A DNA stretch of 64,000 nt from IMG/VR virus record IMGVR_UViG_3300034037_000036, positions 17,781 to 81,780 of that record, one strand, 5' to 3'. Source of the DNA: a virus. The notes below the pieces were generated by a model, which saw nothing but the letters and a program-made list of their open reading frames with translations, was not told where the DNA came from and did not search any database. Of the stretch, positions 56,507-64,000 are shown piece after piece. The translations under genes and the position numbers were made by a program. How positions within the stretch are numbered: position 1 is the first letter of the stretch; each line of letters opens with the position of its first letter.

Positions 56507-58957
56507 TTGGGTTGCAGATTGTCTGAAGAAATAAAACAATTAATGTTTGATGCCACATTTGAGGCAAAAAAAAGGAAATCAATTAAGGTATTTCCTGAAC
56601 ATGTTTTATTGACTTTTTCAAAATATGAAAATGAATCAGCAAATAAATTTTTTGTTGGATTGAATATAGATAGAAATGAATTTGTATATGAAATAAAACA
56701 ATCGTTCTATATTGAAAGCAGCATATATTCAAACGATTCTGTTGAGGTATCCCAATCTTTAGAATTAAAAAAAATATTTGAGAAAATGAGAAGTGAATGT
56801 GATGAATTTAATTGTGAAGAATTAAATTCATTACATTTGGTTTATTATATTTTTAAATTTTGTGAAAGATTAAATAAAATTTTATATAAATTTGATTTTG
56901 ATTTATTAACCTTAAAAAATATGATTATGAATGCAAATACCAATTTTATTGGCGGAACGCCTTTTAACAACACGAATAATAAAAATAAGAATGAAAAATT
57001 CTTAAAATTCTTTTGTGATGATATAACAGAAGATGCGTTTATGAAAAAAATTGACCCAGTTGTGGGGAGGGAAGAAGAAATTGACGATATGATTATCACA
57101 TTGTCAAGAAGGAAGAAAAATAATGTGATATTGGTTGGTGAAGCTGGGGTTGGGAAAACAGCGATAGTTGAGGGATTGGCACAAAGGATTGTTAATGGAG
57201 ATGTTCCAGACATTTTATCAAACAAAAAAATATTATCATTAAATTTAACATCCTTAATTGCGGGAACAAAATATCGTGGTGAATTTGAAGAAAGAATGTT
57301 AAAATTGGTTGATATATTAAAAGAAGAACCTGACACAATATTGTTTATTGATGAAATACATACCATTGTAGGGGCTGGAAATGTTTCAGATGGTTTGGAT
57401 GTTTCAAATATAATTAAACCATCTTTGGCACGAGGTGAAATACAAGTTATCGGGGCAACAACATTGGACGAATATAGGAAAACAATTGAAAATGATAAAG
57501 CCTTAACCAGAAGGTTTAAAGAAATTTTGGTTAATGAGCCATCCAATGATGATGTTATTAAAATATTGCATAATATAAAAGAAAAATATGAAGAATATCA
57601 TGGTGTGGAATATGATGATGAAGTAATAGAATTGATAGTTAATTTATCAGATAAATATATTACATACAGATCAATGCCAGATAAGGCAATTGATGTCATG
57701 GATGAAATTGGCAGTAGCAAAAGAATAAAAAGGGAAATACCAAAAGAGATAAAAAATAAAGAAATGGCATTGTCTGATTTGATAAAATTAAAAGAAGAAG
57801 CAATAATAAATAAGGATTATGAAAAAGCAGCAGAATATAGGGATAAAGAAAAAGAATTAAGAACGGAAATAGAAGAAGGTAGAAAAAAATGGTTTAATAA
57901 TTCCAATATTAGTAAAATAAAAATTAGTAAAGACGATGTTTATAGCATAATATCAAAAATTAGTAGAATACCTGTAAAACAACTTAATGAAGATGAAATT
58001 ACCAAATTAAAATATCTTGAAGAGGAATTAAAATCAAAAATAATTTCTCAAGATGAAGCAATTCATAAAGTATCAAATATAATAATAAATAATAAATTAA
58101 ATTTAAATAACAGGAATAAACCAATAGCTTCTTTAATATTAAGAGGTCCTACTGGCGTGGGTAAAACATATCTGGCTAAAAATGTTGCGAAATTATTATT
58201 CGGAGATGAAAAAGCAATAATAAGGTTTGATATGTCTGAATTTATGGAAAAATTTAATGTGTCCAGATTGATTGGCGCGCCTCCTGGATATGTTGGTTAT
58301 GATAAAGGTGGGGAATTAACAGAAAAAGTTAGAAAAAACCCATATTCAGTAATTCTATTTGATGAGATAGAAAAAGCACATAGAGATATTTATAACATTT
58401 TATTACAAATATTGGATGATGGATATATAACAGACGCTAGCGGTCGTAAAATTAATTTTAAAAATACGTTGATTTTTATGACAACAAATGTTGGTGTTAA
58501 GGAAGCTGTGGAAAAGAAAAGCAGTTTGGTGGGTTTTGATTTAAATAAAACAGAAAATTCAGATATGGTTTATTTTTCAAAATTGGATAAAGAATTTAAA
58601 AAATATTTTAGACCAGAATTTATAAATAGGATTGATTCTGTTATTGATTTTAATCCATTATCAAAAGAAGATTTAATAAATATATGTAAATTAGAAGTTA
58701 ATAAATTTTTGAATAATGTAAGGGAAAATGGTTATAATATAAAAATATCAGATATTGCAATGGAGAAAATGGTAGATTTGGTTTATGACCCAGCATACGG
58801 GGCAAGACCAATTGATAGAGGTATCAGAGAATATTTTGAGAATACAATCACAAAAAATATAATTGAAGGAAATGTGGTGAAGAATAAAAAATATAATTTA
58901 ACTTATTCCAAGAAAAGCAAAAGTTTCATAGTGAAAGAAATAAAAACTGGAAGATAA
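56507..58957 (+). CDS. clpC: ClpC-type Hsp100/Clp AAA+ ATPase
   Basis: Clp N-domain (PEHVLL); NBD1 DPVVGREEE, GEAGVGKT, LFIDEIH; UVR M-domain AIINKDYEKAAEYRDKE; NBD2 GPTGVGKT, PPGYVGY, LFDEIEKAH; ClpP-docking-type LVGF loop; YGARP. Confidence 0.93.
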   Translation: MGCRLSEEIKQLMFDATFEAKKRKSIKVFPEHVLLTFSKYENESANKFFVGLNIDRNEFVYEIKQSFYIESSIYSNDSVEVSQSLELKKIFEKMRSECDEFNCEELNSLHLVYYIFKFCERLNKILYKFDFDLLTLKNMIMNANTNFIGGTPFNNTNNKNKNEKFLKFFCDDITEDAFMKKIDPVVGREEEIDDMIITLSRRKKNNVILVGEAGVGKTAIVEGLAQRIVNGDVPDILSNKKILSLNLTSLIAGTKYRGEFEERMLKLVDILKEEPDTILFIDEIHTIVGAGNVSDGLDVSNIIKPSLARGEIQVIGATTLDEYRKTIENDKALTRRFKEILVNEPSNDDVIKILHNIKEKYEEYHGVEYDDEVIELIVNLSDKYITYRSMPDKAIDVMDEIGSSKRIKREIPKEIKNKEMALSDLIKLKEEAIINKDYEKAAEYRDKEKELRTEIEEGRKKWFNNSNISKIKISKDDVYSIISKISRIPVKQLNEDEITKLKYLEEELKSKIISQDEAIHKVSNIIINNKLNLNNRNKPIASLILRGPTGVGKTYLAKNVAKLLFGDEKAIIRFDMSEFMEKFNVSRLIGAPPGYVGYDKGGELTEKVRKNPYSVILFDEIEKAHRDIYNILLQILDDGYITDASGRKINFKNTLIFMTTNVGVKEAVEKKSSLVGFDLNKTENSDMVYFSKLDKEFKKYFRPEFINRIDSVIDFNPLSKEDLINICKLEVNKFLNNVRENGYNIKISDIAMEKMVDLVYDPAYGARPIDRGIREYFENTITKNIIEGNVVKNKKYNLTYSKKSKSFIVKEIKTGR

Positions 58958-59347
58958 TCAATCTTCCAGTTTTTTATATTCTTCAAGATAAGTATTAATT
59001 TTTTCAAATATTTTATCAGCTTTTTCTTCAAAATTTGAAATTTCTGAACTTATCATATAATAATCATCATCAGATGGTAATTGGTCAGCAGCTTCTTGTA
59101 AATCATCCAACATATTTTTTAATATGTTTTCCATTCTTTCCAATTCAAAAATGCTTTTTTTGATTTTTCCCTTTTCAAATATCACATCATTAACTGTAAG
59201 ATTGTTTGTTTTTTCAATTACATTATCAACCATTTCAGATATTTTTTCTAAACCTTTGTTTAAAGTTTCTAAAAGCCCTTCAACTTCTTTTAATGTTTTG
59301 ATTTTTATTGCTTGTTCTTCAGTTATTATTATTTTTCTATTTTTCAT
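58958..59347 (-). CDS. coiled-coil protein with a KIIITEEQ leader, candidate internal head protein
   Basis: MKNRKIIITEEQ; TATTTATA at 59397-59404 on the minus strand. Confidence 0.7.
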   Translation of the reverse strand: MKNRKIIITEEQAIKIKTLKEVEGLLETLNKGLEKISEMVDNVIEKTNNLTVNDVIFEKGKIKKSIFELERMENILKNMLDDLQEAADQLPSDDDYYMISSEISNFEEKADKIFEKINTYLEEYKKLED

Positions 59348-59412
59348 AATTTTTCATTTTTTGGTATTATTTAATTGTATGAACAATATCACATAATATA
59401 AATATTAAAATT

Positions 59413-60120
59413 ATGAAAATGAACATACTTGCTAAAATAATTGTCTTATTATTTATTATTTTTAATGCTAAAAGTTTAAATATCATAAACAAAAAATTTG
59501 AGAAGAGGGACGTTAAAAATTTTATTGAAAAAGAAAAAATACAATCTGATGAAACTTATAAAATTATTAAAAATAATTTAAAATATTTTAATAGTGAATT
59601 AAGTGATTATGAATTGGAGGTGATTTATAAAACAATAAAATTTTATTCAATGGATACCAATTATAATCACTTAAAATTATATTGTTCTCAATTAATGTTG
59701 GAGAGTGGTGTAAGACATGAAAAAAATGGTAACATAATAAAATCAAATACTGGAGCAATTGGAATTGCTCAAATAACAGGAACTACTGGATATTATTTTT
59801 TATTGAGAAAAATCACACCAAACGATAGTATTCTATTAGAGAAAATAAACGTTACGGATTTTTCTTTTGTTTATTCCAAAGAATTAAATAAGAATGAAAA
59901 AATAAGATTAGTGAGAAAGTGGTTGGAAAAGTATGAAAATAATATATTCATGTGGGGATTGATAAACCACCACAATTTTAAAATGGTTAATGATATATAT
60001 AAATCATTATTGATATATAATATAGGATATTCTGGCATGAAAAGGTATATCCAAGAAAATTCAATGTATAATCATGAATATATTATGTTGATACTAAAAA
60101 ATGTTGAAATATATTGTTAA
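59413..60120 (+). CDS. lytic transglycosylase (SLT-like) with an N-terminal hydrophobic anchor
   Basis: QLMLESG (catalytic Glu-Ser), GAIGIAQI, LLIYNIG; N-terminal ILAKIIVLLFIIF. Confidence 0.8.
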   Translation: MKMNILAKIIVLLFIIFNAKSLNIINKKFEKRDVKNFIEKEKIQSDETYKIIKNNLKYFNSELSDYELEVIYKTIKFYSMDTNYNHLKLYCSQLMLESGVRHEKNGNIIKSNTGAIGIAQITGTTGYYFLLRKITPNDSILLEKINVTDFSFVYSKELNKNEKIRLVRKWLEKYENNIFMWGLINHHNFKMVNDIYKSLLIYNIGYSGMKRYIQENSMYNHEYIMLILKNVEIYC

Positions 60121-60121
60121 T

Positions 60122-60277
60122 TTATTTTTTTAAATGTTTAATTTTTTCATAAATTGAATGAATCATCTCATATACTTTTCTATTCTCTTCTAAAATAGAG
60201 TGTAATATATTCAACTCTTCTTTAATATTTTGACTATCTGATGAATTATTTGATTTTATAATAACATTCGGTTTCAT
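60122..60277 (-). CDS. 51-aa hypothetical protein (absent from the ORF track)
   Basis: MKPNVIIKSNNSSDSQNIKEELNILHSILEENRKVYEMIHSIYEKIKHLKK; ATGA overlap with the upstream small ORF; fills the gap exactly. Confidence 0.5.
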   Translation of the reverse strand: MKPNVIIKSNNSSDSQNIKEELNILHSILEENRKVYEMIHSIYEKIKHLKK

Positions 60278-60375
60278 TTTTTCTCATTTTTTTTTCTTTC
60301 AATAACTTTTTTGGCTATTTTTTCTACCAATTTAACAAAATCACCTTTTTTAAGTAATACTTTTTTATTTTTCAT
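60274..60375 (-). CDS. 33-aa basic peptide (absent from the ORF track)
   Basis: MKNKKVLLKKGDFVKLVEKIAKKVIERKKNEKK; its TGA overlaps the ATG of the 51-aa ORF. Confidence 0.4.
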   Translation of the reverse strand: MKNKKVLLKKGDFVKLVEKIAKKVIERKKNEKK

Positions 60376-60490
60376 AATTTTGAATTTAAATATTGTTATT
60401 TTTAATAACTTCCCTATTATTAAATAGTGTTAATTTATTAAATGTTTTTAATTATTATGTTTTTCTATAGTCTGAAATGTATTGAAACTA

Positions 60491-61108
60491 TTATTCATTA
60501 TTTAAAAATTTTAATAAAAAATATTCTAATAGTTTTATTTTATTTATATATTTACTATCTACTAATTTAAGTGATATTAAATTATCTTTTTTATAATTAA
60601 AAACATTATTTAATTTAATTACTTTGGTTATAGTTATATCATCATTTTCAAAAAAATATCGTAATATATTTTTGTTATGTATTAAGAAACCAACATTAGA
60701 ATTATTTTGATATAACCATTCAAAGGTTATATTGTCTTTATATTGGTTAATTAAAGTTATTAAATATTTATGTAGGTTTTTAAATTTGATTATGCTATAA
60801 TCAATAATTTCTCTCATTTTTATGGTTGATTCATCATCTTCAATTAGGTCTTTATACAAAATCTTTTTATCTTTAATTGATAATGAAACAATTTCTTTCG
60901 GGAAATTTTCCTTAAATAATTTAAAATTTTCACTTATCTTATTTAGTTCATTTATGATATATTCAGTTTCATTAATATTATCAACTATATTATCATCATT
61001 TGTATTTTTAACAATATTGTTTACAAAATGTAATAGTTTGTATTTTTTGTATTCAAAATCAATTGGTGGTGATAAAAAATCGTCTAAGAATTGATTATAT
61101 AGTATCAT
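60491..61108 (-). CDS. hypothetical protein
   Basis: 205-aa ORF. Confidence 0.7.
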   Translation of the reverse strand: MILYNQFLDDFLSPPIDFEYKKYKLLHFVNNIVKNTNDDNIVDNINETEYIINELNKISENFKLFKENFPKEIVSLSIKDKKILYKDLIEDDESTIKMREIIDYSIIKFKNLHKYLITLINQYKDNITFEWLYQNNSNVGFLIHNKNILRYFFENDDITITKVIKLNNVFNYKKDNLISLKLVDSKYINKIKLLEYFLLKFLNNE

Positions 61109-61139
61109 TTTCTTAATTGTTAAAACATGTTATTTTTGA

Positions 61140-61772
61140 TTATAACATTTTATAATCAAAATTTATAAAATCATCATAAAACATTTCATTTATAAAAGTT
61201 ATATCTTCATTATCTAAATAATACATAAAATCTTTTCTTTCTCTATTATTTGATTTATTTTTATGTGGTAATTTAATGTTTTCATTGAAACCAATTAATT
61301 TTAATAATTTTTTCCAATCTTCTTGAATATTTTCAACCTTTCCAATAAAATCTATATCAATTTCATTATTTTCATTTATTAAAAAATCAGTTTGTCTTAA
61401 TTTGTGATCTAAATCTATTTTACTATAATGTCTTTTATACCAATTTTTAAAATGGTGTTTATTAAAATTAACGCCTTTATTAAACCAAAAATATTCAGAA
61501 ACAAATCTGTCATAAGGATTTCTTACAAAAGAAAATATAAATAAATCATTTTTAATTTTTTTTATTTCATCAAATTTCATTAAATCTATAAATCTTAAAT
61601 GTTGTGGTGCAAAACTAATACCATCAAAATTATATATGTTAGAAGTTTTAAAAAACAAATCTTCCCTTTGCATCCCAAAACAAATTTCAATAGAACTCCC
61701 ATAGCATTTTGGGATATGAATAAATAATATTTTTTTATTCGGGTGTAAAGGCATATCTTTATTTTTCACCAC
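61140..61772 (-). CDS. carbohydrate sulfotransferase family (Sulfotransfer_2-like) protein
   Basis: ILFIHIPKCYGSSI (5'-PSB-like), FSFVRNPYDRFVSEY (3'-PB), IDFIGKVENI..DW, YDDFINFDY. Confidence 0.85.
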   Translation of the reverse strand: MVKNKDMPLHPNKKILFIHIPKCYGSSIEICFGMQREDLFFKTSNIYNFDGISFAPQHLRFIDLMKFDEIKKIKNDLFIFSFVRNPYDRFVSEYFWFNKGVNFNKHHFKNWYKRHYSKIDLDHKLRQTDFLINENNEIDIDFIGKVENIQEDWKKLLKLIGFNENIKLPHKNKSNNRERKDFMYYLDNEDITFINEMFYDDFINFDYKML

Positions 61773-61849
61773 AATTTAGTCCACCAATGAATGGTGTATG
61801 TATCTTCTTTAATAAAATTTTTATTAAACTTTTGTTTATAACCGTATGG

Positions 61850-61893
61850 GTGAACTACCAACCCATCAGCTTTGCTGTGGGTGGGTAGTTCAC
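61850..61893. mobile_element. orphan IS200/IS605-end palindrome (PATE/MITE-like)
   Basis: GTGAACTACC-AACCCATCAGC-TTT-GCTGTGGGTG-GGTAGTTCAC; the 3' arm closely matches the right end at 52391-52429. Confidence 0.7.
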
Positions 61894-61909
61894 TTTTCAA
61901 TTAACGGTC

Positions 61910-62287
61910 TTAATCTTTCTCAAAAAATTCTTGTATGGTATGTATTAGCCAAGCACCCCCGCTACCAATAACCCCATCAATAAAAGTAAAGAAAATGTTG
62001 ATATTATATTTTTCAATAAACAAATAATCAAATAAATCTATTGATATGTTTGATTGTATTGGCATATTATTTATGAAGAAATTGTATGTTGGTGAATATA
62101 ATGTTATTGAATAAAATACCCCAACCCAAAAAGGAAGGCACATCATACACCCAAACAATTTACCTAAAAATGTTTGCGGTTCTTTATATACTCCAACAAA
62201 CTCTCTAAATCTTTGGAATATTGAACCATATACAATTATGTTTGATGTTGAATAAACGATTAAAAAGAAAAATACCATTGTTTCCAT
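61910..62287 (-). CDS. DUF1360-like membrane protein
   Basis: TM helices with FLGKLFGCMMCLPFWVG (CxxC..W). Confidence 0.65.
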   Translation of the reverse strand: METMVFFFLIVYSTSNIIVYGSIFQRFREFVGVYKEPQTFLGKLFGCMMCLPFWVGVFYSITLYSPTYNFFINNMPIQSNISIDLFDYLFIEKYNINIFFTFIDGVIGSGGAWLIHTIQEFFEKD

Positions 62288-62326
62288 AATTTTTTTTGTT
62301 TTAAAAATACCAAAAAAAATAAAATA

Positions 62327-63190
62327 TTATAATTTATTTTTTCCTGTAAAATATCCCAATTCAAATAATGTCTTAATATCATTAATATTAAAATCATTTA
62401 AAGAAATGTTTAAATCATCTTCAGGTCTCACAATTTTATGTTCAACGCCAGACATTTGCAATATTTTAATATCATCGTTTATATTATCAACGGATATTAT
62501 ATCCATAATTCTGTCGCCAAGTGCCAATATATTATTATTTTTAAATCTTTTTATTTTTAAATTTTGCGGGTGGGGAGTTATTAATGTTATGGAATAATCA
62601 TTTATATTATTTTTAATTATTTTTTCCAAAGCAAATATAACCCCAGCTGATTGTTTAATACCACCGTCCAAAAAAGGAACACCTTTTATTTCCTTTGGTG
62701 GCATAATTAAAGGTATGGATGCTGATGCAATTAGATAATCAAAAAAATCATCGCTTAACTGTGAAGAATATTCAATATCACCACTATATAAATTAACCGC
62801 ACCAACAAATATATCAACATTGGAATTTAATAAATTTTCTTTTTTTATAATATCTTTTACTTTATTTTCCATTGGCGTAAATTCTGCAAATCCTGCACTT
62901 TTGCTAAATAAAAAATCCATTACTAATTTAAAAAATGGTTTTTTTCTAACAATACTATTTGAGTTATGTATATTTTTAAACCAAAAATCAATTAATGTTT
63001 CCACAGATTCTTTAAATGTTTTTCCTTTACCCATTTCATTACATATAAACGCTCCATTTAAAGAACCTACACTTATACCAATTATTATATCGGGAGAATA
63101 ATTAGTTTCTGATAATGCTTTTAAAACTCCACATTCCCAAATTCCTTTTACAGAACCTCCACCTAATATTAAGATTTCTTTTTTTTCCAT
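62327..63190 (-). CDS. patatin-like phospholipase
   Basis: LILGGGSVKG (oxyanion), GISVGS (GxSxG), ASASIP, FLDGG. Confidence 0.92.
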   Translation of the reverse strand: MEKKEILILGGGSVKGIWECGVLKALSETNYSPDIIIGISVGSLNGAFICNEMGKGKTFKESVETLIDFWFKNIHNSNSIVRKKPFFKLVMDFLFSKSAGFAEFTPMENKVKDIIKKENLLNSNVDIFVGAVNLYSGDIEYSSQLSDDFFDYLIASASIPLIMPPKEIKGVPFLDGGIKQSAGVIFALEKIIKNNINDYSITLITPHPQNLKIKRFKNNNILALGDRIMDIISVDNINDDIKILQMSGVEHKIVRPEDDLNISLNDFNINDIKTLFELGYFTGKNKL

Positions 63191-63195
63191 GATTT

Positions 63196-63498
63196 TTATA
63201 ATTTAATTTGTTTTTTATTATCTATTTCATTAAAAGTTTTTAATATTGAAATATTTTCTTTTAATAATTCATTTATATTTTTATTTTCATAACACATTGA
63301 TAATATTATGTTATTTGGATTTTCACCATCTGAAAATCTATATTTAAATTCATCAACAAATTCATTCAATTTATTCTTTTTTAATATTTCCAACAAATAT
63401 TCATAAAATTCAAATCTGCTGCTAATTTCTTCTGGATTATTTCTAATAAATTCATTCTTTTTATTGTTGTAAGCACTATTTAAATAACTTTTTCTCAT
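63196..63498 (-). CDS. hypothetical protein
   Basis: 100-aa ORF. Confidence 0.7.
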   Translation of the reverse strand: MRKSYLNSAYNNKKNEFIRNNPEEISSRFEFYEYLLEILKKNKLNEFVDEFKYRFSDGENPNNIILSMCYENKNINELLKENISILKTFNEIDNKKQIKL

Positions 63499-63511
63499 AA
63501 TATAAAATTTT

Positions 63512-63871
63512 TTAAATTTTATTAATTTTTGAATAGAGATTTTTGTAGTCTGTTATTTTTTTTTTATTTTTTTTTAAAAAGTCTAATGTTATATTTTTTT
63601 TGTTAGAATTTTCTTCTGTGATTTCGTAGAGATATTTTTTATATTCGTTTTTATCTATTTTTTTTAATATTGAGGATACTTGATTATAGTTTAACCACTC
63701 CATTACTTTTGCATCAAATTCTTTTGAATTATCCCCATACTTTTCTTTGTAAATTTTTAATTCTTCCCTTATATGATTGAAATATATTTTTTCTAAAAAG
63801 GAAGTTTTTTTGTTAATATTTAAATTTTCTTTTATGACATTAATTATATTTTCAATCATCATCAATTCCAT
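63512..63871 (-). CDS. hypothetical protein
   Basis: 119-aa ORF; TATTTATA at 63915-63922 on the minus strand, upstream. Confidence 0.65.
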   Translation of the reverse strand: MELMMIENIINVIKENLNINKKTSFLEKIYFNHIREELKIYKEKYGDNSKEFDAKVMEWLNYNQVSSILKKIDKNEYKKYLYEITEENSNKKNITLDFLKKNKKKITDYKNLYSKINKI

Positions 63872-64000
63872 TGTAATATCTATATCTTTTGTTAGTTGCA
63901 GGAATCCCTCAATATATAAATAGAAATTTTAAAGACATTTTAGATAAATTTAATGAATAAAAAAAAAATATTTTTTATGTAATGGAATTTATTTTTTCAT

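Noticed and set aside
62327-63190. CBASS CapV effector
   Set aside because: No CD-NTase or Cap2/Cap3 gene is adjacent.
1-64000. Stop-codon reassignment (as in Lak or some crAss-like phages)
   Set aside because: Conserved genes are full length in code 11, and TAA, TAG and TGA all end genes at expected positions.
1-64000. tRNA, rRNA or CRISPR arrays
   Set aside because: No cloverleaf, rRNA-like GC-rich tract or regularly spaced repeat was seen by eye. tRNAscan-SE or a CRISPR finder would be needed to exclude them fully.

Overview
This window is a very AT-rich, gene-dense segment of a large tailed dsDNA phage (jumbo-phage-like, T4-superfamily head module) read in the standard genetic code. The host is most likely Bacteroidota, based on TAnnTTTG -7 promoters, a Bacteroidota-type lipoprotein, an Hc1-like histone gene and a flavobacterial-type ThyA. 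It carries a Cas4/RecB-like nuclease plus SbcD/SbcC; three sigma-family factors; a large metallophosphoesterase with an Nmad-like neighbour; a glycosyltransferase locus; ThyA; a gp5-like spike region; major capsid, scaffold, prohead protease, portal and large terminase; an ADP-ribosyltransferase-like protein; ClpC; a lytic transglycosylase; a sulfotransferase; and a patatin. There are five inteins: three in TerL (two only 9 residues apart, one ending in Gln), one in the prohead protease and one in a glycosyltransferase. The most striking structure is a nested pair of RNA-guided-nuclease transposons. A complete IS607 element (extra small ORF + tnpA + tnpB, 50248-52329) has inserted at a GG inside the 3' end/omegaRNA region of a tnpB-only IS200/IS605 element (49088-52429). 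Deleting the inner element restores the outer tnpB reading frame exactly, and the inner TnpB's predicted guide is the outer element's own sequence. Also notable are a candidate phage promoter motif (TATTTATA) and a set of proteins with I/L-x-E leaders that are probably protease-processed internal head proteins. All family assignments come from motif recognition by eye; no database searches were run.
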